In this document: positions 42,325-51,831 of the stretch, piece after piece
Numbering within the stretch: position 1 is the first letter of the stretch
Layout of the letters: every line of letters starts with the position of its first letter
DNA from: an uncultured Gemmatimonadales bacterium
GTDB lineage: Bacteria; Gemmatimonadota; Gemmatimonadetes; Gemmatimonadales; GWC2-71-9
Reading direction: 5' to 3'
Length of the DNA stretch: 64,000 nt
Assembly (NCBI GenBank): GCA_963739455.1
Contig: CAVUAK010000001.1
Location: forward strand, 864,001 to 928,000
Program-made: the position numbers and the translations under genes
Notes under the pieces: model-generated
Databases searched by the model: none
Told to the model about the DNA's origin: nothing
What the model saw: the letters and a program-made list of their open reading frames with translations, nothing else

Positions 42325-43713
42325 TCAGAGTGTGTAGGTATCACCCTGTTCCGGAACATGCACTTCGCGCACCCCTTCTTCTCGCAGCAGGTCGGCCATC
42401 GCCCCAAGCGCGGGGGCCTCGCCATGTACCACGAACGCGCGCTTGATCGGTCCGCCGAGGCGCCGCACCCACGATCGGAGTTCAGTGCGGTCCGCGTGCG
42501 CCGAGTAGCCGTCGATCGACACGACCTCCGCCCGGCGCTCGTAGGTATCGCCGAAGATCTTCACCACTGCCTGCTGTTCCTGGATCCGCCGGCCCAGGGT
42601 GTGCGCCGCCTGGAAACCCACGAAGAGCACGCAGTTCCGGTGGTCGCCGACATGATTGGCGAGGTGATGCAGAATCCGCCCCGATTCCACCATGCCCGAA
42701 GCCGCGATGATGACTGCCGGGCCGTTGAGCGTGTTGAGCTTCTTCGAGTCGGCGACATCGCGCACGTAGCGCACCAGCGGAAAGTCGAAGGGCGAGAACC
42801 CCTTCTCGATGAGCTGTTCCCGGTGGTCGAACACATCGGGGTGCAGGCGGAACACCTCGGTAGCGCTGACGGCGAGTGGGCTGTCCACATAGACAGGAAT
42901 TTCCGGCATCTCCCCGCGACGCCACAGCTGGTGCAGGGCATAGACCAGTTCCTGCACCCGTCCCACCGCGAATGCCGGGATCAGGATCTTCCCGCCGCGG
43001 GCGGCCACCGTCCGGACCACCTCGCCGAGGCGCTTTTCGGCATCTGCGACGCTCTCGTGATCGCGGTCGGCATAGGTTGCCTCGACGATGAGCGTGTCGA
43101 TGGGTCCCGACGGCGGCTGCGGGTCGCGGATGATCGGCAGCCCACTGCGGCCGATATCGCCGGAGAAGACGATGCGCTGGGGCGCGCCCTCGCTGCAGCG
43201 CAGGTCCACCGTGGCCGAGCCAAGGATGTGGCCGGCGTCGGTGAACTCGGCGGTCAGCATTTTCCGCAGGTGCAGCGGGCGGCGGTATGGAAGTCCGACC
43301 ATGAGGTCCTGCACCTCGGCGGCATCAGCGAGCGAATAGAGCGGCTCACTCTCGGGTCCGCCCTTGCCGTGCCGGCGTAGGAACTCGGCGTCCTTCTCCT
43401 GGATATGCGCGGCATCGGGCAGCATCACGGCGCACAGGTCGCGCGTGGCAGGGGTGCAGTAGATCGGCCCGTGGAAGCCGTTCTTCACCAGCAGCGGCAG
43501 GCGCCCGGTGTGGTCGATGTGCGCGTGGCTGACCACCACCATGTCGATGCGGCGGGCATCGAACGGCAGCTCCGCGTTGAGCTTCCGCGCCTCGGAGCGC
43601 CGTCCCTGGAAGAGCCCCGCGTCAAGCAGGATCCTCGCGCCGGCAGCCTCGAGCAGGAACATGGAGCCGGTGACCTGGCCCGCGGCGCCGAAGAATGAGA
43701 GACGTAAACTCAT
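42325..43713 (-). CDS. MBL-fold beta-CASP ribonuclease
   Basis: FFGAAGQVTGS, SHAHIDHTG, AGHILGS, PAFAVGR, YSAHAD, VHGE. Confidence 0.92.
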   Translation of the reverse strand: MSLRLSFFGAAGQVTGSMFLLEAAGARILLDAGLFQGRRSEARKLNAELPFDARRIDMVVVSHAHIDHTGRLPLLVKNGFHGPIYCTPATRDLCAVMLPDAAHIQEKDAEFLRRHGKGGPESEPLYSLADAAEVQDLMVGLPYRRPLHLRKMLTAEFTDAGHILGSATVDLRCSEGAPQRIVFSGDIGRSGLPIIRDPQPPSGPIDTLIVEATYADRDHESVADAEKRLGEVVRTVAARGGKILIPAFAVGRVQELVYALHQLWRRGEMPEIPVYVDSPLAVSATEVFRLHPDVFDHREQLIEKGFSPFDFPLVRYVRDVADSKKLNTLNGPAVIIAASGMVESGRILHHLANHVGDHRNCVLFVGFQAAHTLGRRIQEQQAVVKIFGDTYERRAEVVSIDGYSAHADRTELRSWVRRLGGPIKRAFVVHGEAPALGAMADLLREEGVREVHVPEQGDTYTL

Positions 43714-43728
43714 AAGACTCCGATGTCG

Positions 43729-43785
43729 GTGAGGGGTGAGGAGTGAGGAGTGAAGAGGAACGCCCCCTTGCCCCTCACTCATCAC
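43729..43785. repeat. heptamer tandem-inverted array, family B (GTGAGGA)
   Basis: GTGAGGG GTGAGGA GTGAGGA GTGAAGA ... CCCTCAC TCATCAC; contains the upp stop codon. Confidence 0.75.
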
Positions 43786-44426
43786 CTCGTCCCAAATAGC
43801 CTGTCGCCCGCGTCTCCCAACCCCGGGAGAATGTAGCCCTTCTCGTTCAGCTGCCGGTCGAGTGCGGCAGCGTAGATCATGACGTCGGGATGGGCCGAAC
43901 CCATCTGCTCCACGCCCTCAGGCGCCGCCAGGATGCAGAGGAACCGGATGCGGGTGGCCCCGGCTGCCTTGAGTGCCGTCACGGCAGCGACGCCTGATCC
44001 GCCGGTGGCGAGCATCGGGTCGAGCACGAAGAAGTCTCGCGCGTCGTCGGTGGCTGGCACCTTGAAGTAGTAGTCGCGCGGCTGGAGTGTCTCGTGGTCG
44101 CGCACCATGCCGATGTGCCCCACGCGGGCCGACGGCACCAGTTGCGTGAAGCCGTCCACCATGCCGAGCCCCGCACGCAGGATGGGCACGAGCACGAGCT
44201 TCTTTCCGGCCACCTGTGTTCCCACCATCCGCTCGAGCGGCGTCTCGATTTCGTGCGGCTCGGTGGGAAGGTCCTTCGTCACCTCGTAGCCCATCAGCAC
44301 GCTGATCTCGGTCACCAGCTGCTTGAAGTCCCGCGTCGTCGTGTGACGATCACGCAGGAGCGTGAGCTTGTGCTGGATGAGCGGATGGTCGAGGACGATG
44401 AGGTTGGGAAAACGCTGGGCGACCAT
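43782..44426 (-). CDS. upp: uracil phosphoribosyltransferase
   Basis: [44 protein letters not shown]. Confidence 0.97.
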   Translation of the reverse strand: MVAQRFPNLIVLDHPLIQHKLTLLRDRHTTTRDFKQLVTEISVLMGYEVTKDLPTEPHEIETPLERMVGTQVAGKKLVLVPILRAGLGMVDGFTQLVPSARVGHIGMVRDHETLQPRDYYFKVPATDDARDFFVLDPMLATGGSGVAAVTALKAAGATRIRFLCILAAPEGVEQMGSAHPDVMIYAAALDRQLNEKGYILPGLGDAGDRLFGTR

Positions 44427-44657
44427 GCCGCAAATATGTCGGGCGGACATGGTGCAGGACAACCTGTCCCGGCCGGGTCAACTTGGCGTGCCGTCCGGGC
44501 CGGCGTGGTGACCGGTACCCGGCGGGTCGCGCCCAACGATGTGCGAAGAAATGAGTTGGGGTTCCCTGCCGCGCCGCCGGGCAGCGGCACGCGCCGTGCC
44601 CTCAGCGGCACGATGGACCGCCCCGGATTCCTCGCCGCTGGCCCCATCGAGGGGCGC

Positions 44658-46124
44658 ATGCGAGATTCGCCAGACATGGGACTCGCCCGCCGCCTCGCAC
44701 TCCTCACCGCCGTCATCGCGGTGGCACTGGTGCTGGGCGCCACCGAGGTGGCCCTCCGCTGGTCGGAACGATCCCGCCTGGACGATCGCCGGCGCGAATC
44801 GGTGGAGCTCGCGACTTCGTGGAGTGAGTACCTGTCGCGCGTGGCCCCGAACGGTGAGCGCGATGCCATCACCCAGGCGCTCATCGGCTGGCCCAGCCAG
44901 CACCTGAGCCTGTCCAACGCGGCGATGTTCGTGTGGGAGAACGGCGGGCTGCAACTCGTCGCCTCGAGCGACACCAGCTCGCTCGCGATGCCGTCGCACA
45001 TTGACACCCTTGCCATGGCGAGCCGGCAGCTGCAGGTGCGCTACATGACCGGTGACGAGCCGTCATGGAACGTGGCGACGCCGGTGGGCGCCGCGGGCGG
45101 CCCGTACGGCGTGCTGCACGTGCGCGTCTCCACGGCGACATTGCGCGGCTGGGCCCGGCTCGAGCGGCAGCGCGCGTATGTCCTGGCCCTGGTGGCCGCC
45201 CTGCTCGTGGCCGGTGCGGTGGCCTACCTCACGTCGATCTGGGTGGGCGGTCCGCTCAGTACCCTGGGCGCCGCGATGGCGCGCGCGCATGGCGGCGTGG
45301 CGAACGCGCCCGCCGCACCCGAGCTGGGCCCCGAGGAATTCCGCCTGCTCACCCGGCGCTACAACGGGCTCCGCGAGGCACTCACCGCCCGGCAGCGCGA
45401 GAGCGACGCACGCGCCGCACTGCTGGCTCTCGAGGAGCGGGCGCGCAGCCTTGATCGCCTGGCGCTGCTGGAGGAAACCGCGACCGGTTTCGCCCACGAG
45501 ATCGGCACGCCGCTCAACACCGTGAGCGGGCACCTGCAGTTGCTGCGGGATGATCTCCAGCGGGCGGCGCAGCCGGCGGCGGTGGACCGGGTGCAGCTGT
45601 TGCTGGCACAGGTGGACCGGCTGGCGGGCATCGTGCGGGCGCGACTCGATCGCGGCGGCTGGCCCGCGCCGGCGCTGCAGTCCACCGAACTCGACGGACT
45701 CGCGCTCCGGATGCTCCGGTTCCTGGAGCCGTCGCTGCTCGCCGCCGGAGTCCGTGCCGGCCTCGAGTCCTCGGGCGCAGGCCCCGTCACCGCGTGGTGT
45801 GATCCGGCACTGGTGGAGCAGGTGCTCCTCAACCTGCTCAAGAACGCCATTGAGGCACTCGAGAACGGAGGCAGCATTGTCCTCCGCACCGGCAGTTCCG
45901 GCGATCGCGCGTGGATCGACGTGGCAGACTCTGGTCCGGGACTCGCGCCCATCATGCAGCAGCAGCTCTTCAATCCCTTCGTATCCACCAAGGGCGAGGC
46001 GGGCACCGGGCTCGGTCTTGCCGTGAGCCGGCGCCTCGCGCGTGCGCAGGGCGGCGAACTCGAGCACATTCCGGGTGCCAGTGGCACCACCTGGCGCCTG
46101 TCCCTTTCACGAAAGCCCGCATGA
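44658..46124 (+). CDS. membrane sensor histidine kinase
   Basis: Two TMs, HAMP-like region, FAHEIGTPL, NLLKNA, DSGPG, GTGLGL; start 44658 or 44676. Confidence 0.92.
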   Translation: MRDSPDMGLARRLALLTAVIAVALVLGATEVALRWSERSRLDDRRRESVELATSWSEYLSRVAPNGERDAITQALIGWPSQHLSLSNAAMFVWENGGLQLVASSDTSSLAMPSHIDTLAMASRQLQVRYMTGDEPSWNVATPVGAAGGPYGVLHVRVSTATLRGWARLERQRAYVLALVAALLVAGAVAYLTSIWVGGPLSTLGAAMARAHGGVANAPAAPELGPEEFRLLTRRYNGLREALTARQRESDARAALLALEERARSLDRLALLEETATGFAHEIGTPLNTVSGHLQLLRDDLQRAAQPAAVDRVQLLLAQVDRLAGIVRARLDRGGWPAPALQSTELDGLALRMLRFLEPSLLAAGVRAGLESSGAGPVTAWCDPALVEQVLLNLLKNAIEALENGGSIVLRTGSSGDRAWIDVADSGPGLAPIMQQQLFNPFVSTKGEAGTGLGLAVSRRLARAQGGELEHIPGASGTTWRLSLSRKPA

Positions 46125-47524
46125 CCGCTGCTGCACCCCGCCTGCTGCTGGTGGACGACGATGAGGCGGCGTGTACCCTGCTCGCGGAAGTGCTGGAGCG
46201 CGAGTCGTACTCCGTGGTCCGCGCCCTCTCCGGCAAGGAGGCGCTGGAGCGCGTGGACCGGGACGGCCCGTTCGACGCCGTCCTGACCGACCTGCGCATG
46301 CCTGGCAGCAGCGGCCTCGACCTGCTCCGGGACCTGCGCGCCCGCGACGCCAACGCCATCGTGTTTGTGCTGACGGCATTCGGCGATGCCGCTGCCGCAG
46401 GAGAGGCGATCCGGGCTGGCGCCCACGACTTCATCAGCAAGCCCTACGACCTGGGCCAGCTGCGCGTCACCATCGGCCGGGCACTGGCGCGGAGTCGTCT
46501 CGCCTCGACGACGCGTGGCGCCCCGGCGCCCGCCGCCAGGACGTCGAGCGCAGGCGAACCCACCCTCGTGGGTCACAGTCCCGCCATCATCGAGGTCATG
46601 AAGACGGTGGCCCGCGTGGCGCCCAGCCAGGCGAGCGTGCTCATCTTCGGCGAGACCGGTGCCGGCAAGGAACTCGTCGCACGCGCCATCCATCGCTACT
46701 CCGACCGGTCGCACCGGAAGTTCGTGGCGGTGAACTGTTCCGCACTCGCCGAGGGAATCCTGGAGAGCGAGCTGTTCGGCCACGTGAAGGGCGCCTTCAC
46801 CGGGGCGAACGTGGCGCGGCCGGGACTCTTTCGCGAGGCCGACGGCGGCACGCTGTTCCTCGACGAGATCGGGGATATCTCACCCGCGCTGCAGTCACGC
46901 CTGCTCCGGGCACTGCAGGAGCACGAGATCGTACCGGTGGGCGCCGAGACACCGGTGTCGGTCGACGCGCGCATCATTGCGGCGACCCATCGGGACCTGC
47001 CCCAGCTGGTGAAGGACGGTCGCTTCCGGGAGGATCTCTACTACCGGCTGCACGTGGTGTCGCTGACGCTGCCGCCGCTGCGGTCACGACGGCAGGACTT
47101 GCCACTGCTCATCGACGACCTGCTGCGCCGCCTGGCCGAACGGCACGACCGGGGCCCGGTGGCGGTGGATCCCGAGGCGCAGGCACTGCTGCTGTCCTAT
47201 GACTGGCCCGGCAACGTACGCGAGCTGTACAACGTCCTCGAGCGCGCGCTGGTCCTGGCGTCGCAGGACGTGATCGGTCCCGAGCACCTCCCGGTGGAGA
47301 TACGGCAGCAGGACTCAGCACGCGCGGCCGGTGCCGCGACCGACGGAACGGGGCAGGAGTCCGGCGCGCTGCTGCCACTGGCAGACGTGGAACGTCACCA
47401 CGTGCTGCGCGTCCTGCGCGCCACTGACGGAAACCGTGAACGCGCCTCGCGCATGCTCGGTATTTCACGCCGCACCCTCACCCGCATGCTCCAGCGCTGG
47501 CGCCCCGACCTGCCCCCCGAATAG
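46121..47524 (+). CDS. sigma54-dependent NtrC-family response regulator
   Basis: Receiver (VDDD, DLRMP), GETGAGKE, ESELFGHVKGAFTGA, WPGNVREL, Fis HTH. Confidence 0.95.
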   Translation: MTAAAPRLLLVDDDEAACTLLAEVLERESYSVVRALSGKEALERVDRDGPFDAVLTDLRMPGSSGLDLLRDLRARDANAIVFVLTAFGDAAAAGEAIRAGAHDFISKPYDLGQLRVTIGRALARSRLASTTRGAPAPAARTSSAGEPTLVGHSPAIIEVMKTVARVAPSQASVLIFGETGAGKELVARAIHRYSDRSHRKFVAVNCSALAEGILESELFGHVKGAFTGANVARPGLFREADGGTLFLDEIGDISPALQSRLLRALQEHEIVPVGAETPVSVDARIIAATHRDLPQLVKDGRFREDLYYRLHVVSLTLPPLRSRRQDLPLLIDDLLRRLAERHDRGPVAVDPEAQALLLSYDWPGNVRELYNVLERALVLASQDVIGPEHLPVEIRQQDSARAAGAATDGTGQESGALLPLADVERHHVLRVLRATDGNRERASRMLGISRRTLTRMLQRWRPDLPPE

Positions 47525-47692
47525 CGGCGACATTCTGTCCCGTCAGGCCAGACTGTCGCTGACGCTCTGTCTCCCTTCCCGTTTTTCTCGCCCCTCAAGC
47601 CAACCTCGAAGTCCTCGCACCGAATGCGCATCACCTGATGTGCGTGGGAGTTGTGCGTCATGGCGTGGGCCAGGAGGCGGCGCCGCGCCGCG

Positions 47693-47708
47693 TGGCATCA
47701 CCGATGCT
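47693..47708 (+). promoter_or_regulatory. putative sigma54 -24/-12 promoter
   Basis: TGGCAT-CACCG-ATGCT matches TGGCAC-N5-TTGC spacing. Confidence 0.6.
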
Positions 47709-47776
47709 TTAGGAGGGGTGAGCGCCGAAGACAACGGCGGCAGTCCTATGGCAAACCACTCCGGAGGATCCGTTCC

Positions 47777-48154
47777 ATGATCGGCAAGTTCGCAGTCTCT
47801 TTCGCTACGATGGCGCTGTCCGCGACGGTGCTTGTTGCACAGACGTCGACGACGCCCCCGACCGTGAAGCCTGCCACGCAGGTGACGAAGACCCCGGCGC
47901 AGACTCCAGCGGCAAAGCCGGCGCAGACCCCGGCAGCGAAGCCGGCCACCACCGCGGCCAAGCCGGCGACCGCCGAGACCAAGGCTGAGAAGAAGACCGC
48001 CGAAGAGCAGAAGAAGGCGGACAAGAAGGCGGCGGAGCAGAAGAAGAAGGCAGCAGATGAGCAGGCGAAGCAGCAGAAGAAGGCAGCAAGCATGTCGTCC
48101 ACGAAGCCTGCAGCCAAGCCGACCTCCACAGCGGCTCCAGCAGGCAGCAAGTAG
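47777..48154 (+). CDS. secreted low-complexity Lys/Ala/Thr/Pro-rich protein
   Basis: GGAGG RBS, signal peptide LVA-Q, PAQTPAAK and AAEQKKK repeats. Confidence 0.75.
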   Translation: MIGKFAVSFATMALSATVLVAQTSTTPPTVKPATQVTKTPAQTPAAKPAQTPAAKPATTAAKPATAETKAEKKTAEEQKKADKKAAEQKKKAADEQAKQQKKAASMSSTKPAAKPTSTAAPAGSK

Positions 48155-48214
48155 GAGAAGGTCCTTCCGCGAGGCAGCGAAACTGGCTGCGGTCCTCACC
48201 TGAAGCCTCGCATC

Positions 48215-48250
48215 GCGCCCCTTCGAGCAATCGGAGGGGCGCTTCTCCTT
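48215..48250 (+). terminator. hairpin terminator
   Basis: GCGCCCCTTCGA-GCAA-TCGGAGGGGCGC followed by TTCTCCTT. Confidence 0.6.
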
Positions 48251-48354
48251 CCAGGAGTGGGAGGGAAAACGAAGCGGCCGAAGCCCGCGGAGTAGCCCTC
48301 CGCGGACATGACAAAAGCGCTGCGGCCGCTTTCGCGACCCACAGCGCTCTGTCA

Positions 48355-48427
<73 letters not shown>

Positions 48428-48547
48428 GAAGGGCGGGAGAATATAGGTCGTCCCACCCCTGAATCCAAGCCGCCCCGGGCAATCGTTCCCCTGCGCCACG
48501 CGGCACGCGCTCTGCACTCGAACACTCGCCCTTAGCAAGGATCTCTC

Positions 48548-49177
48548 ATGATCTCCTTCATTGCTGCACTCGCGCTCGCTGCATTTCCGCTCGGCCCCAC
48601 CACTCCGGTGAACGATCTCCCCCTCCGTCCCTTCGCTGCCGCCGTGCCGTCCCCGGTCATGGCGGTCATGCTTACCGGTGAAAGTGGCTGGGTTGGCATC
48701 GACCGCAGCATCACCCAGTCCATGCTCGATCGCGGCATTCCTGTGGTGGGGTTCGACATGCCCACGTACCTGAAGACCAAACGATCACCGGACCAGATGG
48801 GTGCCGACCTCGAGCGAGTCGTGCGATTCTACCTCGACGCCTGGGGCGCTGACACCGTGCTGCTCATCGGCGATGCGCGCGGCGCTTCGGCGCTCACCTT
48901 CATGGCGGCACGGCTCCCCGCCGACCTGCGCGCCCGGGTGAAGCTCGTCGGTCTGCTCGAGCCCGGCCTGCAGCTGGAATCGATGCCGACCCTGCCGGAA
49001 GCGGCCCAGCTCAACGGGCTCGGCGTCGTGTGCGTCTATGGCAGCAAGGAATCGAAGACCCTCTGCCCGGAGATGCCACCGGAACTCGGCAGCGTGATAG
49101 TGACCGATGGCGGTCACCACATGGACAAGGACTACGCGATGCTGACCGAACTGCTGCTCGAGCACGCCTCGCACTGA
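48548..49177 (+). CDS. AcvB/VirJ-like alpha/beta-hydrolase-fold protein with degenerate nucleophile motif
   Basis: LTGESGW, GIPVVGFD, DLERVVRFY, CVYGSKE, GGHHMDKDY. Confidence 0.75.
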   Translation: MISFIAALALAAFPLGPTTPVNDLPLRPFAAAVPSPVMAVMLTGESGWVGIDRSITQSMLDRGIPVVGFDMPTYLKTKRSPDQMGADLERVVRFYLDAWGADTVLLIGDARGASALTFMAARLPADLRARVKLVGLLEPGLQLESMPTLPEAAQLNGLGVVCVYGSKESKTLCPEMPPELGSVIVTDGGHHMDKDYAMLTELLLEHASH

Positions 49178-49196
49178 CCGGGCTAGTTTCCGGGGC

Positions 49197-50936
49197 ATGA
49201 AGATGCCCCGGAAACAACTCCGTGTGCTGCTGGGCCTCGCGGCCCTCCCCTCCACCGCGCTGGCGCAGGCCACCGGCTCCTGGGCGCTGCACGGCCATGA
49301 CCTCGGTGGGCAGCGCTACTCCAAGCTCAGCGCCGTCAATACGAAGACCGTAGGCCAGCTGGTGCCGAAGTGGACCTGGCACAGCGGGGTCACGGCGACG
49401 TTCCAGGCAACGCCGATCGTGGTGGACAGCGTCATCTACGTGTCGCTGCCGTTCAGCGGTGTGGCGGCGCTCGAGGCTGCAACCGGTCGCGAGCTCTGGC
49501 GCTACAAGCACGAGTCACGCAATGCCAAGCTCTGCTGCGGGCCGGCCAACCGGGGTGTCGCCGTTGCCGAGGGCCTGGTCTATGTCGGCACCGTCGACGG
49601 GCGCCTCGTTGCGCTCGATGCGAAGACCGGCAACGTGGTGTGGGACGTCGTCGTGGCTGCATATGAAGGCAGCACCGAGGCCACGAGCCAGCTGAACAGC
49701 AATGACTCGCTGTCACAGGTTGGGAAGACGGGCTCCACCGGCGTCGGGATCAGTGCGGCACCGCTCGTGTATGACGGCAAGGTGTTCGTTGGCATCGCGG
49801 GCGTCGGCTACGGCCTTCACCCCGACAAGGGCCTCGCCGTCGTGGGACTGAGTGGTCAGTATGGCCGGCCGGGGCTCATGTCGGCGTTCGATGCGAAGAC
49901 GGGAGCGTTGATCTGGCGCTTCAGCGTCACCGGTCCCGGCTGGGACGGCACCTACCAGAACAGCACGCCCTATGGCGTGCCGATGCAGCGCGACATCGCT
50001 GCCGAGCGCGCCGATTCGGCGAAGTACGCCGATGCGTGGAAGTACGGCGGCGGTTCGATCTATGCCACCCCGGTCGTCGATACCAAGCGCAACCTGCTCA
50101 TCTTCGGCACCGGCAATCCATCGCCCCAGATGGCCGATGTTTCCCGACCGGGTGACAACCTCTACACCTCGTCACTCGTGGCCCTCGACCTCCGCACCGG
50201 GCGGCTCATCTGGCACTACCAGCAGGTACCGCACGACCGCTGGGGCTACGACGTCGCGAGTTCACCGGTGCTGCTGCACGTAACCCGCGACGGCAAGCGG
50301 ATCCCGGCGGTGGCCCAGGCCAGCAAGACCGGCTGGGTCTTCGTGCACGATCGCCGCGATGGCACCCTTCTCTTCAAGTCCGAACCGTTCGTGCCCCAGC
50401 GCAACCTCTTCACCCCGCCCCAGCCTGGTGAGGGCGTGGTGATCGCGCCTGGCATTGCCGGTGGTGCCAACTGGTCGCCGTCGGCGTATGACCCCAAGGA
50501 GCACCTGTTCTACGTGGGTGCGCTGCACCTCCCGACGCGATACGTCGCTCACGAGGTGCGCGGACCCGACAGCAGCGTCACCCAGTACGCCAGCACCCAG
50601 AACACCGACGAGGCCTGGGGCACGCTTACCGCACTCGATCTCGCGAATGATGGAAAGCTCAAGTGGCAGGTGAAGACTGATGAGCCGCTGATCGGCGGAG
50701 TGCTCGCCACGGGCGGCGGCCTGGTCTTCTCGGGCGCAGGCAAGGGCCTGTTCGCCGCCTTCGACGGGGTGACGGGCCAGCAGCTCTGGTCGTATCAATG
50801 CGACGCCGGCGTGAATGCACCGCCGATTACCTACGCCATCGGCGGGAAACAGTTCGTGGCGGTGGCCGCAGGTGGCAATGCCCTCTTCGGGTTCAAGCAG
50901 GGTGACATGGTGGTGGCCTTTGGCCTTCCCGAGTGA
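49197..50936 (+). CDS. PQQ-binding beta-propeller dehydrogenase-like protein
   Basis: Signal peptide, QRYSKL, FQATPIV, CCGPANRG, GTGNPSP, PGDNLYT, GVNAPPITY. Confidence 0.9.
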   Translation: MKMPRKQLRVLLGLAALPSTALAQATGSWALHGHDLGGQRYSKLSAVNTKTVGQLVPKWTWHSGVTATFQATPIVVDSVIYVSLPFSGVAALEAATGRELWRYKHESRNAKLCCGPANRGVAVAEGLVYVGTVDGRLVALDAKTGNVVWDVVVAAYEGSTEATSQLNSNDSLSQVGKTGSTGVGISAAPLVYDGKVFVGIAGVGYGLHPDKGLAVVGLSGQYGRPGLMSAFDAKTGALIWRFSVTGPGWDGTYQNSTPYGVPMQRDIAAERADSAKYADAWKYGGGSIYATPVVDTKRNLLIFGTGNPSPQMADVSRPGDNLYTSSLVALDLRTGRLIWHYQQVPHDRWGYDVASSPVLLHVTRDGKRIPAVAQASKTGWVFVHDRRDGTLLFKSEPFVPQRNLFTPPQPGEGVVIAPGIAGGANWSPSAYDPKEHLFYVGALHLPTRYVAHEVRGPDSSVTQYASTQNTDEAWGTLTALDLANDGKLKWQVKTDEPLIGGVLATGGGLVFSGAGKGLFAAFDGVTGQQLWSYQCDAGVNAPPITYAIGGKQFVAVAAGGNALFGFKQGDMVVAFGLPE

Positions 50937-50979
50937 CGTGCTCACTCGACAGTCTTTGACACTCGTTTCGGAGCCTGAG

Positions 50980-51828
50980 ATGCGCCTGTCCCTTCCTCTC
51001 GTCCTGGGCGGCTTGCTGTTCGCCGCGGCAGCCACCCCGCTCGCTGCTCAGCAGGTCGCATCGATCGACTATGCCGACCGGATGCACGCCGTGCATGAAC
51101 ACGACGCCCCGGTGCCGAGCGGCGCCGCGCGTCCTCCCCGCACCGACGTCGTGTCCGACACGGTGACGTACTGGACGGTCGACGGGAAGCCGGTGCAGGG
51201 TTTCCGCTCACGACCGAAGAATGCGAAGAAGGATGCACCGGCGCTCGTCGTGGTCCACGAGTGGTGGGGGCTCAACGATAACATCCGCGCGGCGACCGAG
51301 CGCCTGGCAGGCGAAGGCTATGTGGCCCTCGCCGTTGACCTGTATGGCACCGTGGCGCCGAACGCGGACAGCGCGGCCAGGCTCTATCGCTACGTCATGG
51401 AGAACGCCCCGGCTGGTCGCGCCAACCTCGCCGCGGCGATCGACTTTCTCCAGGCGCAGGGCGCGAAGAAGATCGGCACCATCGGCTGGTGCTTCGGCGG
51501 GCACTGGAGCCTGCAGGCGGGACTGGTGGGTGGGTCGAAGGTGCAGGCAGTGGTGATGTACTACGGGCAGCCCATCACGGACTCCACGGTGTTGCAGCAA
51601 CTGCAGGCGCCGCTGCTCGGACTCTTCGGCAGCCAGGACACCGGCATTCCCGTCGACAGCGTGAAGGCAATGGCCGCCGCCCTCGACAAGCTGCAGCGCA
51701 CCGAGACGATCCAGTTCTTCGACGCCGGGCACGGCTTCGCCAACCCGTCGGGCAAGAACTACAATGCCGCTGCCGCCGAGGAGGCCTGGAAGCGGACCAC
51801 GGAGTTCTTCGAGCACTACCTCAAGTAG
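50980..51828 (+). CDS. dienelactone hydrolase family protein (secreted)
   Basis: HEWWGLN, GWCFGG, AGHGFAN. Confidence 0.92.
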   Translation: MRLSLPLVLGGLLFAAAATPLAAQQVASIDYADRMHAVHEHDAPVPSGAARPPRTDVVSDTVTYWTVDGKPVQGFRSRPKNAKKDAPALVVVHEWWGLNDNIRAATERLAGEGYVALAVDLYGTVAPNADSAARLYRYVMENAPAGRANLAAAIDFLQAQGAKKIGTIGWCFGGHWSLQAGLVGGSKVQAVVMYYGQPITDSTVLQQLQAPLLGLFGSQDTGIPVDSVKAMAAALDKLQRTETIQFFDAGHGFANPSGKNYNAAAAEEAWKRTTEFFEHYLK

Positions 51829-51831
51829 GCC

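Noticed and set aside
47860..48130. DNA repeats in the Lys/Ala-rich gene as a mobile or non-coding repeat
   Set aside because: The periods are multiples of 3 and are explained by peptide repeats.
48501..48516. Third sigma54-like site (CGGCAC-N5-CTGCA) before the VirJ-like gene
   Set aside because: Two mismatches in GC-rich DNA and no adjacent enhancer-like palindrome; may be chance.
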